Source: Vicugna vicugna
Lineage: Eukaryota
DNA length: 64,000 bases
Direction: 5' to 3'
Assembly: GCA_013265495.1 (NCBI GenBank)
Contig: MU061579.1
Span: forward strand, 668,872 to 732,871
Each line of letters begins with the position of its first letter. Within the stretch, counting starts at the first letter, position 1. The notes beneath the pieces are model-generated. The model was not told the origin of the DNA and made no database searches. It saw only the letters and a list, made by a program, of their open reading frames with translations. Position numbers and translations under genes: made by a program. This document shows positions 1 through 14,419 of the stretch, in pieces.

Positions 1-2849
1 CATCAATTTCAGGGCTCCACTCAAATGGACCCCTTCCAAAACCTTGTCAGGACCTTAGCAATGAGTGGGTTGTGTTTATTTGCAAGCTCTTTAAAATACA
101 GCATTTTAGCTGATCAGTTAAGAATACTATCCCCTACTCCAAGTTCCCTTTATTTTCTGCTGTCAGAGTGGTCTTGGGATATTTTCTCCTTGATTAAAGT
201 AAAGAGATGTTGAGTTGGAGATTCATTTAATTTAAATTTAATAGGGTATGTTTACGTGGTCCATGTATGCATAGTCGGCTAGCCATCCTGGTATAGGTAT
301 GACTCCTAAGAACACCTGTAACAGGCACTGTGTTGATTCAGTATATTAAGACTCTAAGATTATGACCTGAGGTGTAACTGCAAAGTACATAGCTGATGGA
401 GAAAAAACAAAGTTGGAAATGTCCAGAGGCAGAAGTTCTTGAGCCTTCTCCAATCATCAGACATGTAAGATAATAAGTGACCAATTTAGTTACATTAAAT
501 ATCTAATTACACAGAAGTTCTTTTTTCGATAGAGGTTTTCCTGGTGTGATAGCATTTTTTAAAGTACACATCTCATCTACAGTAGAATTACAAAGCTGAA
601 GGAAATTTACCACGTTTTGTTACCTCTAAAAAAAACACAAATTTTGATCAGCCTCAGAAGAGGACAGTCTACATTATCTTTGTATTTTAAGTGTAAAAAA
701 CAAGGTTGTAAAATCATTTGAAGAAGTAATCCATGTACAGCCAAAGAGCTGGGAAAAAGAGAAGTGCCAGTCAGTTAAAAAATAATGTTCTTTTTCTGTG
801 TTCTGTCTTTTGGTATTTGCTATCTTGTTTGTGTATTTGCAGTTTTCTCAAAGGCTGAGATATCTGGCCTTCTTGGAATCCCCCTCCAGCATTAATGTGT
901 TTTATTAAAGATTGAGGTTGGTAACCACAACCAGAGAACAGTTTTTCTCTAGTTGTGAACCTCTTTGAAGAGGTTGTAAAACAAGAGCCTCTCTCTTTGA
1001 CTTGAATTTGGTTATAATGGGCAGCCTATCTATGCATGAAGTCCAACTGAAACTGAGACCAAGTAATTACCTGTGTTCCCCTGAATTTACCATAGGACAT
1101 TCTGTTCCTAACTACTGTTTTAAACCTCAATACCTAATGTCAGTGAGGAGATACTCTCATTAGGAGCACACATTGTAGACACTTTGAAACTATGCGTGTT
1201 CAAAATCTCAGTCCTACAAATATTTGCCTAAAACCAGTTAGAACAAGCTTGAGTCTGTCAGGCCACAGGAGACGTAAGGGTATATAATCACGGGCTGGCA
1301 CATTTCATGGTCTCAAGTCCCACGCCTTCGCCTTTTCTCTTTCTTCTCATTTAGATGTTGACCTAAAAAGGTATGGATCATTCTTAAATGTGATTTCAGC
1401 TCAGCTACCAGCCTACACTTGGGACTTGGAAAATTATTATTGTTCGTTCTGATAATAAAATATTCAAGAATGCTGACAGACTGCTAGGTGAAAATCCATA
1501 TTAAATCTGTCTACTGAGTTTGTTCTAAGAAGATGCAGCACTGCATATGAAATGTAGGATTGTGGAATCCAAATAATCCAACTTATGTCAAAACTAAACA
1601 AATCATCTACCACGGTCTCAAGAAAATAATAATAATAGCCTGTCTAGAGCACATTATCTATAGCAACTTGTGAACAAAATTCTTCCGTGAATACATTAGC
1701 ATGCAAGTGCAGATCTTGCCAGGTGTAGATTCTGCTTACTCTCAGTCCTCAGGTTTTTAAAATTTCTTTGATAACCTAATATACCAATTTGAGATATGAA
1801 TTTACTGTCTACAGGATTTTAAGCTTCAGAAATGCTAGACTGCCAACTTTCCAGTCTTTCTTACTCCTGCATTAATTAATGCAAACCAGTGTGATGAGTT
1901 ACACAGGGTTCCACTGGCAGTTGCCTGAAGTACAGCCTGCTTGCCATCTATTCTATAACGGAATAGTTGAATGTAGAAACTCAGAAAGTGGGACATTATA
2001 AATATCTCCTTAACCATCCCTTGCAAGTAGATTAAAGTCAGTGACAGAGAGCAGAGTAAACTTCAGTTAGAGCAATCATCTTCCTATTAGGAAGAAGTGT
2101 GGTGTCCATTTTGGACTCTCCTTCTCAAAATTATCCTAAGGGACTTGGACAGGACCAGAATGGAATAATGAGAATTATTAGGCAGGGGGAAATCTGGCCT
2201 TCTTCTACTCTTGTAGACCTGTACAGAATTATACCCAACACCCATACCTACCGACAGTTGTGTTTTACTTCAGCTGAAAGGATAGAAGTTGAAGTGGGAA
2301 CTTTAGTTAATACCTCAAGATGTTTTTGCTTGATAAGAATGAAAAGTAATTTAACTATATATAAAACATGTAGTAATCATAATATTTGGTAGCCGTTTTT
2401 AGGATTGCATTCTCGATACACTGAGAATGAGTGACATTGGATTTGAAGACTACACCACAAAAGTAGTTGAGCCTGCATCTTCTCTGATGCTATTTCTTTT
2501 ATGCAGTAGTTCCTGGGTTCTTTATGACTGATTCAGATATTATAAGGATCCTTTTGATGCCTCTGGTCATCTTGATGTTCAAGGTCATGGCTGATTTGTC
2601 TGAAAATTTGCAGTTTGTTGCTATTTCTGTCACTACCCTTGACACCCTTGAGTCGGGAACAGCAAGCTCTTAGCCACTGATGGAGTCTGAGCCTTCCTGC
2701 CCACCACACAGCATCAGAGTGGCTCCAGGCTTAGCAAGAAATCCTGGAGAACAAGGCCCTACGCAGTCTGATGTGGAACCGGGGACATAATTGACATTTT
2801 TGATTTGCAGTGTCTTTTCTTCCAGGAGTCTTTTAATTTCATTTAATTC

Positions 2850-3450
2850 TAATCAACTTATTGTTTTGTAAACTCCAGCTCTGCGGCAGGCATTACGCTG
2901 AGAATAAAACACAATCCTGCCTTCAAGCAGATCATATCCTCTTCTATAAAACAGACAAATATACTAATAGTAAAACGCATACTATAGTGGAAATTTGCTC
3001 CAGTGGTTGCTTCTGAGAGCAACCAGTTATGGGACACCTCGCTCAGCCCGGGTGAATCAAAGAAAACGTCATGAGTGGGTAATAGATGGGCTTAGTCTTG
3101 AAGGATGAGTAGGTATTAGGGACTGAGAGATGAAAGAGAAATACAGAAGGAGAGCAACATGTATAAATCTCAGCCAGCTTCTTGAAGAGTCATGGTTTTG
3201 GGGGAAGAAGTGCAAATAGCTTAAACTGGCACATGGAAGTGGTAAACAGAGAACATTTTATAAAGAGACCCAGCCCTGATTTGGAGACTTGACTTTATGC
3301 TGAAACAGTGAGGAGCCATAGATGGAATTTAGGAGATATAAAAGGAAAGGTCACAATAAAATTTATATTTTAAATGCATCACTTTGGATATGTATGAAAC
3401 ATGGATAGAGGAAATTGGAAGTGGAGTAGTTAAGATGAAGGAGGCAAAAG
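2850..3450 (-). mobile_element. L2 LINE fragment (3' region, degraded)
   Basis: Typical antisense L2 phrases: 'caatcctgccttcaagcagatcata', 'agtcttgaaggatgagtagg', 'gacttgactttatgctgaaacagtgaggagccatagatggaattt'. Boundaries approximate. Confidence 0.6.
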
Positions 3451-3529
3451 AGTTAAGTGACAGTACCCTTTATTGCAAGTCTGAAATGTAGAAACCGCGT
3501 GATCCTTTTAAAAGGTTGATGACGATGAC

Positions 3530-3728
3530 AGTTCTGGGTTGCAATTCTGGTTGTGCCACTCATTACCTATGCAGTTTTAGTTAAAATATATTTAATCTCT
3601 CTAGGTCTCAGCTTCTGCTTTCTTAAATTCTTGAGGGATTAAACACTGCAGCATAAGTGATGTTCTTGGCATAGTGCCTGGATTATATTATACAATAAAT
3701 AAATGTAGGAAATCCACTATTACTATTA
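3530..3728 (+). mobile_element. MIR SINE
   Basis: 'ctgggttgcaattctggttgtgccactcattacctatgcag...tttaatctctctaggtctcagcttctgc' followed by 'gcatagtgcctgg...aataaatgtag...tattactatta' matches the MIR core and tail. Confidence 0.7.
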
Positions 3729-4249
3729 ATCCCGAAGACAATAGCAATAACAGTTAAAAAAGAACAGTTGTAAGTGATTAGTCAAATATTGTGGCAAAAT
3801 GTCAGCTAAATTCAGGAGTAATATTTTTGAAAAGATAATGTCACAAAGATGCTCCCTTGGGTAAAAACACAAGTAAAACAAAATTATCCAGAATCCCTCA
3901 CGTGCAACAACAATCATACCATCACAATGACAACAGCAACCACCAGCATCAACCACAACTTGAATAAATTTGATTCTTTCTTTGTCATGACACAGAGCAA
4001 AAACCAAGAGGCAGTTTGCTGAACTGTTCACGTATATAATATCATCGCAAATAGCCAATCTTCCTGTGTCATTTTACCTCGCGAATTTGACTAAAAATAC
4101 AAACTCAAAAGTAGGAGGAAGCAAAAATGATTCTTCACTGATTACGTGAAGAAGAGAGAAAAGAACTAGGAAAAAGAGAGATGAGGGAGTGGGAGGGAGA
4201 GTATGAACAGATAAATAGGTTTGGGGGGAAGAGATCCACATTCCTTAGA

Positions 4250-4390
4250 CATTTTCTAGGCGTGATGCACTATTTTGCGCATAATGAATCCTTGTCACAA
4301 CATTGTAAACTATAGAAGATTGCTACTATTTTATTGACTGGGAAACAGAAATTCCAAAAGGTTACATTAGTTGGTGAAATTTACACCACT
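4250..4390 (-). mobile_element. MIR SINE fragment
   Basis: 'aatccttgtcacaacattgtaaa...ctattttattgactgggaaacagaaattccaaaaggtta' resembles the antisense MIR core. Confidence 0.5.
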
Positions 4391-6554
4391 GGGAGGAAGT
4401 TGTGGTCAAAACAAAGAAAAAAATAAATGTAAACAAACCAAATGAGCTCCTGAGTGAGTCTGCTCATGGCTGAATCTGAAGTGTTGGAGATTGTTCTGAG
4501 AGGTTTGACTTCAACGGATTTACAGGCAACTAGTGCTGTAGAGTCAAGCAGTCCTTTGGATAAATGTGTTCTTCCAGAATGTTTAGTAAAAATCCACTCA
4601 CCTGAATAAATGCCCTGATTAATAGTCAATCAAAAATAGTTTAAGGAATGGGAGTTATCTGATCAATTGTTGCTGTTGGCTGGGCCCGTATATACACAAT
4701 ATTATCTTCTTTAAAATTATTGCCTAGCTACATTAGGTCAGGTAGAGAGGATGGTTGATTCCCATAGGGTAAACTATTTCTCAACAGAAAATCCTTTGGT
4801 GAGGAATCACCGAAGACTAGGGTGAATGAACATAAAAATTTAAAATCCCTACATTAAGGCAAAAGAAAAAAATACTGCCAGAGGCAGTTTGCAAAGAAAT
4901 TACATCTGGGTGCAGTGAAGAGAATCCTAAGAGGAAAAGGGTTCATTCACTGAGTGAGCTCTTTAGGGGAGCTATTATTTGATTAAGCAAGCTATTTATT
5001 TAAATAGAGTATGCTATAGGACTAGTTTAATCCAGGCCCGGAAGGCTATTTTAATGGGTCTGAGGATTGCTTCTGAAAAAACATACCTGATTTTTTGATC
5101 ACTCCAAATTTAATCACAGAGATAAACCCCTTTACTGAAAACCTTGTTAAGCTTCTGGTCAAGTTGAGAGAACATGTCCAAGAGAAACTGAGAACTGTAA
5201 AGTTTAATCTGGTCCTAGGTGGCCTTTCAGTTGAAGAATGTAAGGATCTCAGAAGCCATGTGAAAGAAATATTGGATTTTAATGACATCTGTTGAAAAAG
5301 ACATATCAATAGGGAAAGAAAAATAAAATTAGGGATCTCCTTTAGATCCAGATGGTAACTTTGATGTAACCCTAAGTAGCCCAGTCAAAGATGGAGACCA
5401 CATGGACTGTTGCACAATTTAGTCAGACCAGTTCTGACTGATGTACACTTTTTGGAAATTATGTTTTCATCTCATGAGCTTAGAGGGAACTTTTAAGGCT
5501 AAAAGAACAACGAATGGATATGCAAAGAAGATCTCACATCTATATTTGAAAATGTTCAAAAGTGATAATATATGCACCCTATATTCAGCTCATGTGCCTT
5601 ATTATAGCTCTTTTAGTTGTATGTGGTCTGTGTTCTTTTTAATTGGTGGTCATCCTGTATCAGTTGTTACTAACTCTGAATGTCATCTGGCAATGAGAGA
5701 TACTATTTGTTTTCAAACAGACAACTTGAACATTTGTTTAAAGTAAAGAAAAATGCACTGAAGTATCAACACTGTATTTTAAAAGACACTTCAGGAGGGA
5801 TATTGGATTGTGAAAGAGAATGAAATGGGAAAAAACCAAGGTGACTGTGTGTACTTTCTGGTTGCTTTGAGTATTTGTAACAGGTATGTGCATTCATGTA
5901 TTATTACTATAAATTGAAAAATTAAATATATAATAAATCTATGAACAATAAGCAATAGGCAGAATTATAAACTACAGGGGTTAATTCCCAGGGTTATTTT
6001 CTACAGGAAACTAATGGACAAAATCTTTAAACACTTGGTATGTGACTCTGTTTTTTGATCAGTGACTTTAATTCATGTCCTCTATGGACCAGTCAAGATG
6101 GATACAGCTTCTTTTCCAAAGGGAAACTCATAATTTATCATATATTAATGTAAGGAGACAGTGACTCTCCTTGGAAAGGGTTACAGAAGTAATTGCTGAT
6201 TTTCTATCCACATACCACAGTGAAAACTGAGACATAGTTACCTGTTGAGATTAATACAACTCTAACTGAAGAATGAGGCCGTAACAATTTGAATTTTCAA
6301 AACGTGTACAAATAAGGTTTAAGAAATTGAGCTTGTGATCAAAACTTCCTTTCAGTTAACCTGAGAACCCACATCAAAGGCACTCAGTGCCCCATGATCT
6401 TTAAGAAGAGAACCAAAGAACAGATGACTCAATTTTAGGAAATAAATGTCTGTATCCCCATGGGGGTAATCTTCGCCCAGCACAACAGAAATGATTGTTT
6501 TCTTGGCAATTGGTAGGATGATCCCTTCTAAGGACTTAGGCTATTTTATAATAC

Positions 6555-7765
6555 TATATGCAGGCAACAGATACAAATATGAAATGTTATATTTATTCAA
6601 AAAAATAGGAGTGGCTATATTAATATCAGATACAGTAGACTTCAGATTAAAGAAAATTACCAGAGACAGAGAGGGGCATTTATAATATAATAGTAATTAC
6701 ACCTGGAAGACCTAGCCGAACTACAATATATGTGAAACCACAATTGGTAGAACTGAAAGGAGACATAGACAAATACACAGTTAAATTTGGAAAGCCAATA
6801 TCCTTCTAAACAATAGTCAAAATTAGCAAGGATTTAGATGAATTTAAGAACACCATCAACCAATAGCATGGGATTAAGAATTATAGACCACTCCACCAAA
6901 AAGAGCAGAATATATATAATAATTATCAATTGCCCCAGAAGGCATAGGAAGATAGATTTTATACAGTGCCATAAAACAAACTTGAAAAAAATTTTGAATT
7001 ATTTTTATCATGCAGTGTTCTCCAGTGACAATGATATCAAATTTAAAAACAAAAAAATTAAAGAAAATATCCAAACACTTCCAAACAGAACCACACGCTA
7101 CTAAATAATCTATGAATCAAAGAAGAAGTCTTAAAGGAAAATTTTAAAAAGTACATGGAACTCAAGAAAATGAAAATACTTCATATTATAATTGTGGAAA
7201 GTTAAATCAGTGCCAAGAGGTAAATTTACAGCATTAATGCATGCATTAGAAACAAGAAAACGTCTCAGATCAGTAGTTTTAACTCTTACCTCATGAAACT
7301 AGAAAAAAGGAAAACTAAACTCAAACCAAGCAAAATAAAGAAATAATAAAGAGCAGAACTTATTAAAATTGAAAACAAACAAACAAAAAATACAGAAAGT
7401 TAAGAAAACAAAGAGCTGGTTCATTAAAAGATTAATAAAATTGAAAAGTAGGTAAGATTCTAGTAAAACTGACAAGGAAAAAGAAAAAGATAAAAATTAT
7501 AACTATCAGGAGTTAAAAAAAAAATGAGAGATATCACTGGAGACCCCACAGACCTCAAATGAATAATAATTCTGAACAATTCCAAAATATAAATCTGACA
7601 ACTCAGATAAAATGAAATAATCCTTTGTAAAGAACTAATTACTAGACTCATGGAATATTAAATAAATAATTTGAATAGCCCTTATAACTATTAAGGAAAA
7701 TGAATTCATAATTTGAATACCTTCCAAAAAAATACTCCAACAATAGATGATTTTACTGGAGAGAC
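6555..7765 (+). mobile_element. Old L1 (L1M-type) ORF2 fragment, endonuclease to Z region, heavily decayed
   Basis: ORF 6491-6685 ends KKIGVAILISDTVDFRLKKITRDREGH, similar to the L1 ORF2 EN segment KKAGVAILISDKIDFK..I.RDKEGH. A-rich ORF2-like sequence continues to 'actccaacaatagatgattttactggagag' (KSPGPDGFTGEF-like). Many stops and frameshifts. Confidence 0.9.
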
Positions 7766-8690
7766 TCTTTCAGAGTTGTCTTATGTTTGCTTTATGTATG
7801 ATAAGCATTATGTTTAATCTCCATGGTTTTTAGTTGTACTTAGTGGTAGGAATAAAATAAATGTTTCTACTCTATTTTCACAGAAATGGAAGCCAATAAT
7901 GACTTATTTTTAAGCATCCCAGCTGGAATAAAGATCTAATCAATTTACAGATGTAGAGAAAAACTGGTAATGTACAATGGGAGATAAAGAATCTCAGACT
8001 CTGCTTGCCAGTGGCAACCCTGTTTAAGACATAGATTTTTACTGAAGAAAAACATATTAGAGCTAGATTATGTTTTACCTATTGGAAGCACTGTGTAAAT
8101 AGTTAATAACACAGATCACTTCTGCTAACTTGGAACTCAATAGTTATTTAAATTCTACCAGATGTCAGAATGAAAATACTCATCCAGGACATAAAATGAC
8201 AATAGAACACTTTATAGATGTAGGACAATTGATGTCTTAGGTGGGAAGGCAGGAATTAAATATGTAAATGAGGTAAATAGAACAATAATGTCAAGCAAGT
8301 TCAGATGCAGAAGAGTAAGGAAGAAGATGAAACTGAATTTCTTCAATAAATTTGGGAAAGACACAGAAAAGGAGAAATTAAATAAATTATTTACGTAGGA
8401 AAAGATATTAGACTGTATATGAATGTAACAAATAATATTGTATGTTATTATAATACTAAAATATATAGGTATCATAGAGATTTCAGTGTATGTTACAGCT
8501 TTTTATTAGACTTCCCGGACACAGTAAGGACACTGAAAACTCTAAACTGAGAAACTGAGAAATTCTATATTGATAAGAATACTTATATGTAAATAAATGC
8601 TTAAGATATTTATTTATGTATTATCCCAAACATGCTCGAGGGGGATTTTTGTCTTTTTTTAAAAAAATACAATTACTGTTAAATCAAATA

Positions 8691-9101
8691 CAGTTTCCCC
8701 CCACTTTCAGAAAGTAGAGTGTCCTATGAAACCTTTCCTAAGCCGAAATGGTGTAAAAGGAAAAAGCAATTACCTGGGACACATCTTGCTAAGGGATGCA
8801 GAGAATAAATTGAGACAAAGCACAGATGCTCACAGACACAATTCAAAGCTATGATGACTTGACGCTGAGATGCTCCTGTAGTTTGGCGAGGAGGGGCTGG
8901 TGGTGCCCCTCTCAGTGCCTCATAATGACTTACTGCAAAACAGGCACTTAATGCTATTTTAGCTTTTCACATTTTTTTTCGTCAAAATGAATATTCTCTT
9001 TGGGTATTTTTTTTTCCAGTTAGCAAACACAGGTATTAATGTAAGTCTTTTGTAAAAGTGAAATAGCATAGAGTGAACTTTCGAAAAGTGGGGGAAACTT
9101 G
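8691..9101 (-). mobile_element. Tigger-family (TcMar) non-autonomous DNA transposon with both ends present
   Basis: Terminal inverted repeats 'cagtttccccccactttcagaaagt' (from 8691) and 'actttcgaaaagtgggggaaacttg' (to 9101), flanked by TA at 8689-8690 and 9102-9103. Orientation and subfamily (Tigger9-like) are from memory. Confidence 0.85.
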
Positions 9102-10974
9102 TAATTATTTCAGTAATTGCAATTTGAGAACCTGTCAAAGTTTTAAGTTGTTCTCTGCGAGGAGAGTGAGTCAAAACTTTTAATTTGTAAAATCCTTTGC
9201 TTGAGGCACAATGTTACTTTTTAAAGAGATAATTGTAGAAAGTCGAATAACATTTCTAAGATACTTCCCCCGCCCACAATTGTCCCTTCAAAAAGGTTTT
9301 ATCACAGATGAAAATACTAAGGAAACGGGCTGTCAAAGCTTCAGTGAAACAATGCCTAATTTTGAAGTATTGTATCTGTACGTGTACTTATATTGTTAAT
9401 CCTCCGAGGTACAAAACTATTTTCTAATCTACTATATAAGGCAGAAATATAAATGCCTTTCCTTTTTTATCATTTAAAATAAGTTTTAAAAATAAAATTG
9501 CCTAGGGCATTAGAAATAATTGTATGGGTATGAACTTTTTCCCCAAGTTATTCTATTAGGGCACATTGGGTAGGAAAACTGATTTTTTTTGTGAATAGAA
9601 GTGAGAAGGAGTAACAATTTTAGAAAAAAAATGTTTAAAAGAAGAAAAAGGCAAAAGGTGGTAACAGGTAATTCTGTATTCCTGTTTCCCACTTCTCTCT
9701 CAGTTTCCTTCGTTTTGTACTGTAAATCAAAAGGGTTATGTAAGAGGCTTCATGCCAGCAACTATGGGCCAGAGGCCCCAAGGTCCAATTCTTGCCCTGC
9801 TCTCGCTGTCCTGAGATCTTTGGTGCATCGCTAAATCCCACAGTGTCAGCTTTCTCTGTGCGCTGAGGATGAGTGCTACATTAGCTGATTGTACATTTCT
9901 GTTCTCTATGAATATTACACAATTTATACATTTTTGTTCACTCTGCGGAAATATAGCTTTTCATCACAATTCATTGATTTGCAAATTAATCTCAGAGGAG
10001 AAACCAGATACATAACAAAAATGTATACATATATGGCATTCAAATCAACGTACCTAGACACCGTATCTTTCTAATTGAAGGTTGGTGATCACTATTTTGC
10101 TGAATCATCTTGAAGAACAGATTCTTGAAAATGTAGGCTTTGAAACTCAAGGTCTTGAGTGGTTTCTCATTGCTAATCGTGTAGTAGTTATGGTTTAGAC
10201 ATGAGGCATCACAAGAGACAGGTAGAGTTGTGAATACGTGAGAAGCTTCTAGGCAAGTGTATGGGGACCATGGAGCAGGAACCAGTGAAACAGGAACAGG
10301 GAAAACTAGTTGTTGGACCTTAGTAGGTATTGGGCCCCAGTAGGGCTGCACCCGGGGGGGATAGACTTCTGACCAAGTCCAGCACCCAGAGGACTCAGCA
10401 CCTTGCAATGTGATCAACTCTTTCCCTTTAATCAAAGCACGAACCACTTATTTTCTGTTTAACCTATTAAGACAGTTGTTAATTTTATTCTATTAAATAT
10501 AGAGGCTCTGAAATAACCATGATGTTTTTTTCAAACTCAAATTCAAGGAATTTGTTAGCAGCATTTACCTTTAGCATCACAGCTGTCACGAGTAGCACAC
10601 ATAGGATTCAAACCTTTAAGATGTGAAAAACTTTGTGTCTCAAAAAGTATCCTATAATTACCCTATGTTAAAGGATTCAGCTTGCCACACGTAGTTTCCA
10701 TAAAATATGAGGATTAACATGATTTCATATTTTTCTGTTGGTCAGCTTTAAACATTTATGCACAAGTGTATGCATCATAATAAGAGGCTCAAGAATCCAA
10801 TCCTTCAACTTGAGAAAAAAGGCACCTCTTCTATATTTTCAGTCATTTTTGTTCTGTTTATAACGTAACTATGTAAATATAGTCTATTCTCAGAATATAT
10901 TGTAGAGATATATATTTTTGACACTTAAATGCATATCCATATACCTAAGTGCAATTCAAACCCTCAAGAGATTT

Positions 10975-11210
10975 ATTTTTCTTTTCTTTTTTTCTTTTAA
11001 TTTTAAAATTTTTTATTGATGTACATTCTGTTTACAAGTTGATGTTAATTTCTGGTGTATAGCATATGTTTCAGTTATACATATTATATATTCCTTTACA
11101 TATTATTTTTCCTTATGGTTTATTATCAGATATTGAATATAGTTCTCTGTGCTATACAGTAGAACCCTGTTGTTTACCTATTTTATATATAAATAGTATC
11201 TATAAATTTT
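10975..11210 (-). mobile_element. 5'-truncated cetartiodactyl-type L1 3' end
   Basis: T-rich tail, then 'ttttattgatgtacattctgtttacaag...ttaatttctggtgtatagcat...gatattgaatatagttctctgtgctatacagtagaaccctgttg'. Similar to the copy at 23832-24333. Confidence 0.8.
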
Positions 11211-11399
11211 ATTAAAGTTTTACTAAAAAAATTAATCATATTAAAAATTAGAAACTTTAGATATAAGTCCATGAATTTATCAGCTCTCATTGTATATAAA
11301 TTCTATCAAAACACCCTTTAGGTATCAGATATGGACGTAACCTTTGACTATTTCCCAGATGGTGATAAACAACTATTTTGTTTCATCTTTTAAATAACC

Positions 11400-11890
11400 T
11401 GTTAATCACAAATAATAATAAAAAAAAATTACCCACCATCAAACTTACCAAACAAAGCACTAATGATACTTAAAAACCTCAGTGTATGTTTTTCTCATCA
11501 CATTTTCCTTTAGACCCCCTCAGGGGAGGCCACCACCCTTAAATCTGTATTTATCATTTCCTTGGTTTTTAAAAAGATTTTACTATTACTTATCTGTCAC
11601 TTAAAATTATTGTTCAGTTTCATCTGACTTTGATCTTGATGTCAGTGTTGCAAGGCAGTCCTCTGAATTTGCCTTTTTCCCTATTCAAACTTACTTTTAT
11701 GGATTCATCTACTTGATTCATAGAGGTAAATTTGATTCAGTTTAATTGCTGATTGTACATTACATTTATCCATCATATGGTTGATTATATTTAAGCTATT
11801 TTAATATTTTTCTTATTAGAAATAATTCACCAGAAATATTCCTATAGTTACTTCTGAATGCACTGATCCAAGATTTTTCTGGATTTACTA
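11400..11890 (-). mobile_element. Old L1ME-like 3' UTR fragment
   Basis: Antisense L1ME-like phrases ('atttatcatttccttgg', 'ggattcatctacttgattcatag', 'tacatttatccatcatatggttgat'). Confidence 0.5.
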
Positions 11891-11894
11891 AAAT

Positions 11895-13963
11895 GGTCAT
11901 ATAAATTGAATACAAATTGGTTCTCTTAAATCAGGAATAAGGCAAAATGGCTAGTTCACCACTTCTTATTCAAAATTTTACTGGGGTTCTAATCATTGAA
12001 AAAGGCAAGAAAAATTATAAAAATGAGAAAGGTGGAAGTGAAACTCCCCAGATGCAGATTTGTGTCGGTTGGAAATCCACAAAACTACAGAACGGCTACT
12101 GAAACTCAATACTGGACTTAGCAAGGTCAGAATATACAAGGTTAATATAAAAGAATCAATTACATTGCAACATCCAAACATAAAACAAGTGGAAAAGTGT
12201 TTTTTGAATCCTATTTTCAATAATGTCAAAAACATAAAATATGTCCCACAAAAATAAATGCAAGACCTCTTCTCTGAAAATTACAAATATTGCTAGAAGA
12301 AATTAAAAAATACATAAATGGCAATATACGTTAAGTTCATACAGTGGAAGACTCACTGCTATGATGACAAGTCTTCCGAATTGGTCTATTATAAATTCAA
12401 AACACGTCAATAAAAATTCTGTCAAGACATTTTTTTGTGGAAATTGGCAAGGTAATTTTAAAATTTAGACAGCACTTAGAATTATGAATGCAAATTTAAA
12501 AAGACAATGTTGTTGGAATTATGATACTGATTTTATGACTTAATTATAAAGCTACCTCAATAAAAACAGTGGGCATTGGCAAAACATAGCGGTATAATTC
12601 ATTGTACAAAACAGAGATTTCTGACAAAGATACAAAGACAGTTCAGCAGAGGGAAAGATGATCTGTCTCATTAGTGTCACTGGATCAACTGGGCATATAC
12701 GTGGAAAACACCCCCAAAATCATAAACGTCAACTCTTACATCAACCACATACAAATAACTCAAAATATTATAGACCTAAATATAAAACCTAAAACCTAAA
12801 GCATTAAAATTCTAGAACAAAATAGGAGAAAATATTTGCAAACTCATGGCAGGCAAATGTTTCTTAGAACAACAACAACAAAAAAAGCAAAAAACATGCA
12901 AGGAAAAGAAATAACAAATTGGATGTCACCAAAATTAAAGCTCTTCAAAACATTTGACTAGGAAAATAAAGACGGCAAACCACAGACTGGTAGAGAATAT
13001 TCATAACATACAGACAACAAAGAATTTATGTACAGATGCATAAATATCTTTCTTAATTCAATAAGTAGATATAACACAGCAAAAAACACGAAAAAAAATG
13101 ACCAGACTCTTCATTAAAGAAGACGACAAATGACCAATGAGAACATAAAAAATGAAATCATCAGTTATCAAAGAAATCCCAACCAAAAACCACAGTGAGG
13201 TATTACTACATATTTTTAAAAATAGCTAAAGTTTAAGAAAACACAGGAAATACCAAGTGTTGACAGGATGTGAGGGCATGGGACCTCTCACACATTGCTG
13301 AGGGGAAGTGAAAATGGTCCAACCAAACTGGAAAACATTTGGCAGTTTCTCAAAATGTGAACATATCCTACCGTATGACTGAGACAGCTGATTCCTAGGT
13401 ATTTAGCCAAGAGGAACAAAAGCACATATCCATACCAAACGCTATAGGAAAATGTTCAAAGCAACTATATTTGCAATTGCTCAAAACTACAAATGATTCA
13501 AAAATCCACAAATTATACTATATTCTATCCAATTGTCCCCAAATTATGGTATCTTCTTACAGTAGAATAATTACAGCATTTAAAAAAAAAAGTTGATACA
13601 CGGCAACATACATGATGAGTCTTAAAATTATTATGGTGAGAGAAAGAAAGCCAAGCAAAAATTAAAACATATGACATGAATCATTAATATAAAATTAGAG
13701 AAAATGCAAATCAGTTTAGAATGACCAAAAGGAAATTAGTCATCACCTGCAGACGGAGCTGAAGGAAGGAAGGGGATTAGAAATGAGCAAAAGGAACTTT
13801 CTGGGGTGATGGAAGTATTTGCTAACTTGATTATGGTGATGATTTCACAAGCATACACATACTCCAAAACTGATCAAATTGTACAATTCAAGTATCTTCT
13901 GAATTTCAGTTATATTTCAAGTACCTTCTGAATTTCAATTATATTTCAAAAAGTCATTAAAAC
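11895..13963 (+). mobile_element. Old L1 (L1MD/L1ME-type) 3' part: RT, C-terminal ORF2 and 3' UTR
   Basis: 'tcaggaataaggcaaaatggctagttcaccacttcttattcaaaattttactgggg' resembles GTRQGCPLSPLLFNIVLE. ORF 12060-12257 LLKLNTGLSKVRIYKVNIKES resembles LLELINEFSKVAGYKINIQKS. The 3' UTR includes 'ctggggtgatggaagtatttgctaacttgattatggtgatg'. Confidence 0.9.
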
Positions 13964-14419
13964 AGATAATAGTCTGATACCCGTGGGGATGACATAAAGA
14001 ATGTTTTCAGATCAGTGAATTGTGAAGTGGAAAATTCTATTCCTTTTATTGTACCATAATCATACTCCTCACCCCCAATTAAAATATATCATCCCTGTCA
14101 GCTTGAATTGTATTTGTGAGTTTTCATACAGCTTCCTCAATTTTCTTTATATACCTAGTTGATAGCAGATAATTTAACTTAATATATTACTTATTTACCC
14201 AGTAACTATTTATTAAGTACCAATTTATGGCAGAAAGTATTCTAAGCCCTGGATACAGCAGAAAATACAGTTTCCTTCTGGTAAAAAGAGACCCAAAACC
14301 AGTAAGTGTATTCTAAACTAAGATATATGAAGTAGAATAATATTCCCAGTTATTGAAAAAACGGATGAGTGAAGGAATGAATATAAATTTGTCTTGCACG
14401 TCTGAACACATTTTATGTT

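Noticed and set aside
10215..10400. GC-richer patch under the 135-aa minus ORF 10040-10447
   Set aside because: Possibly an old LTR fragment, but I could not assign it, and the ORF has no recognisable domain.
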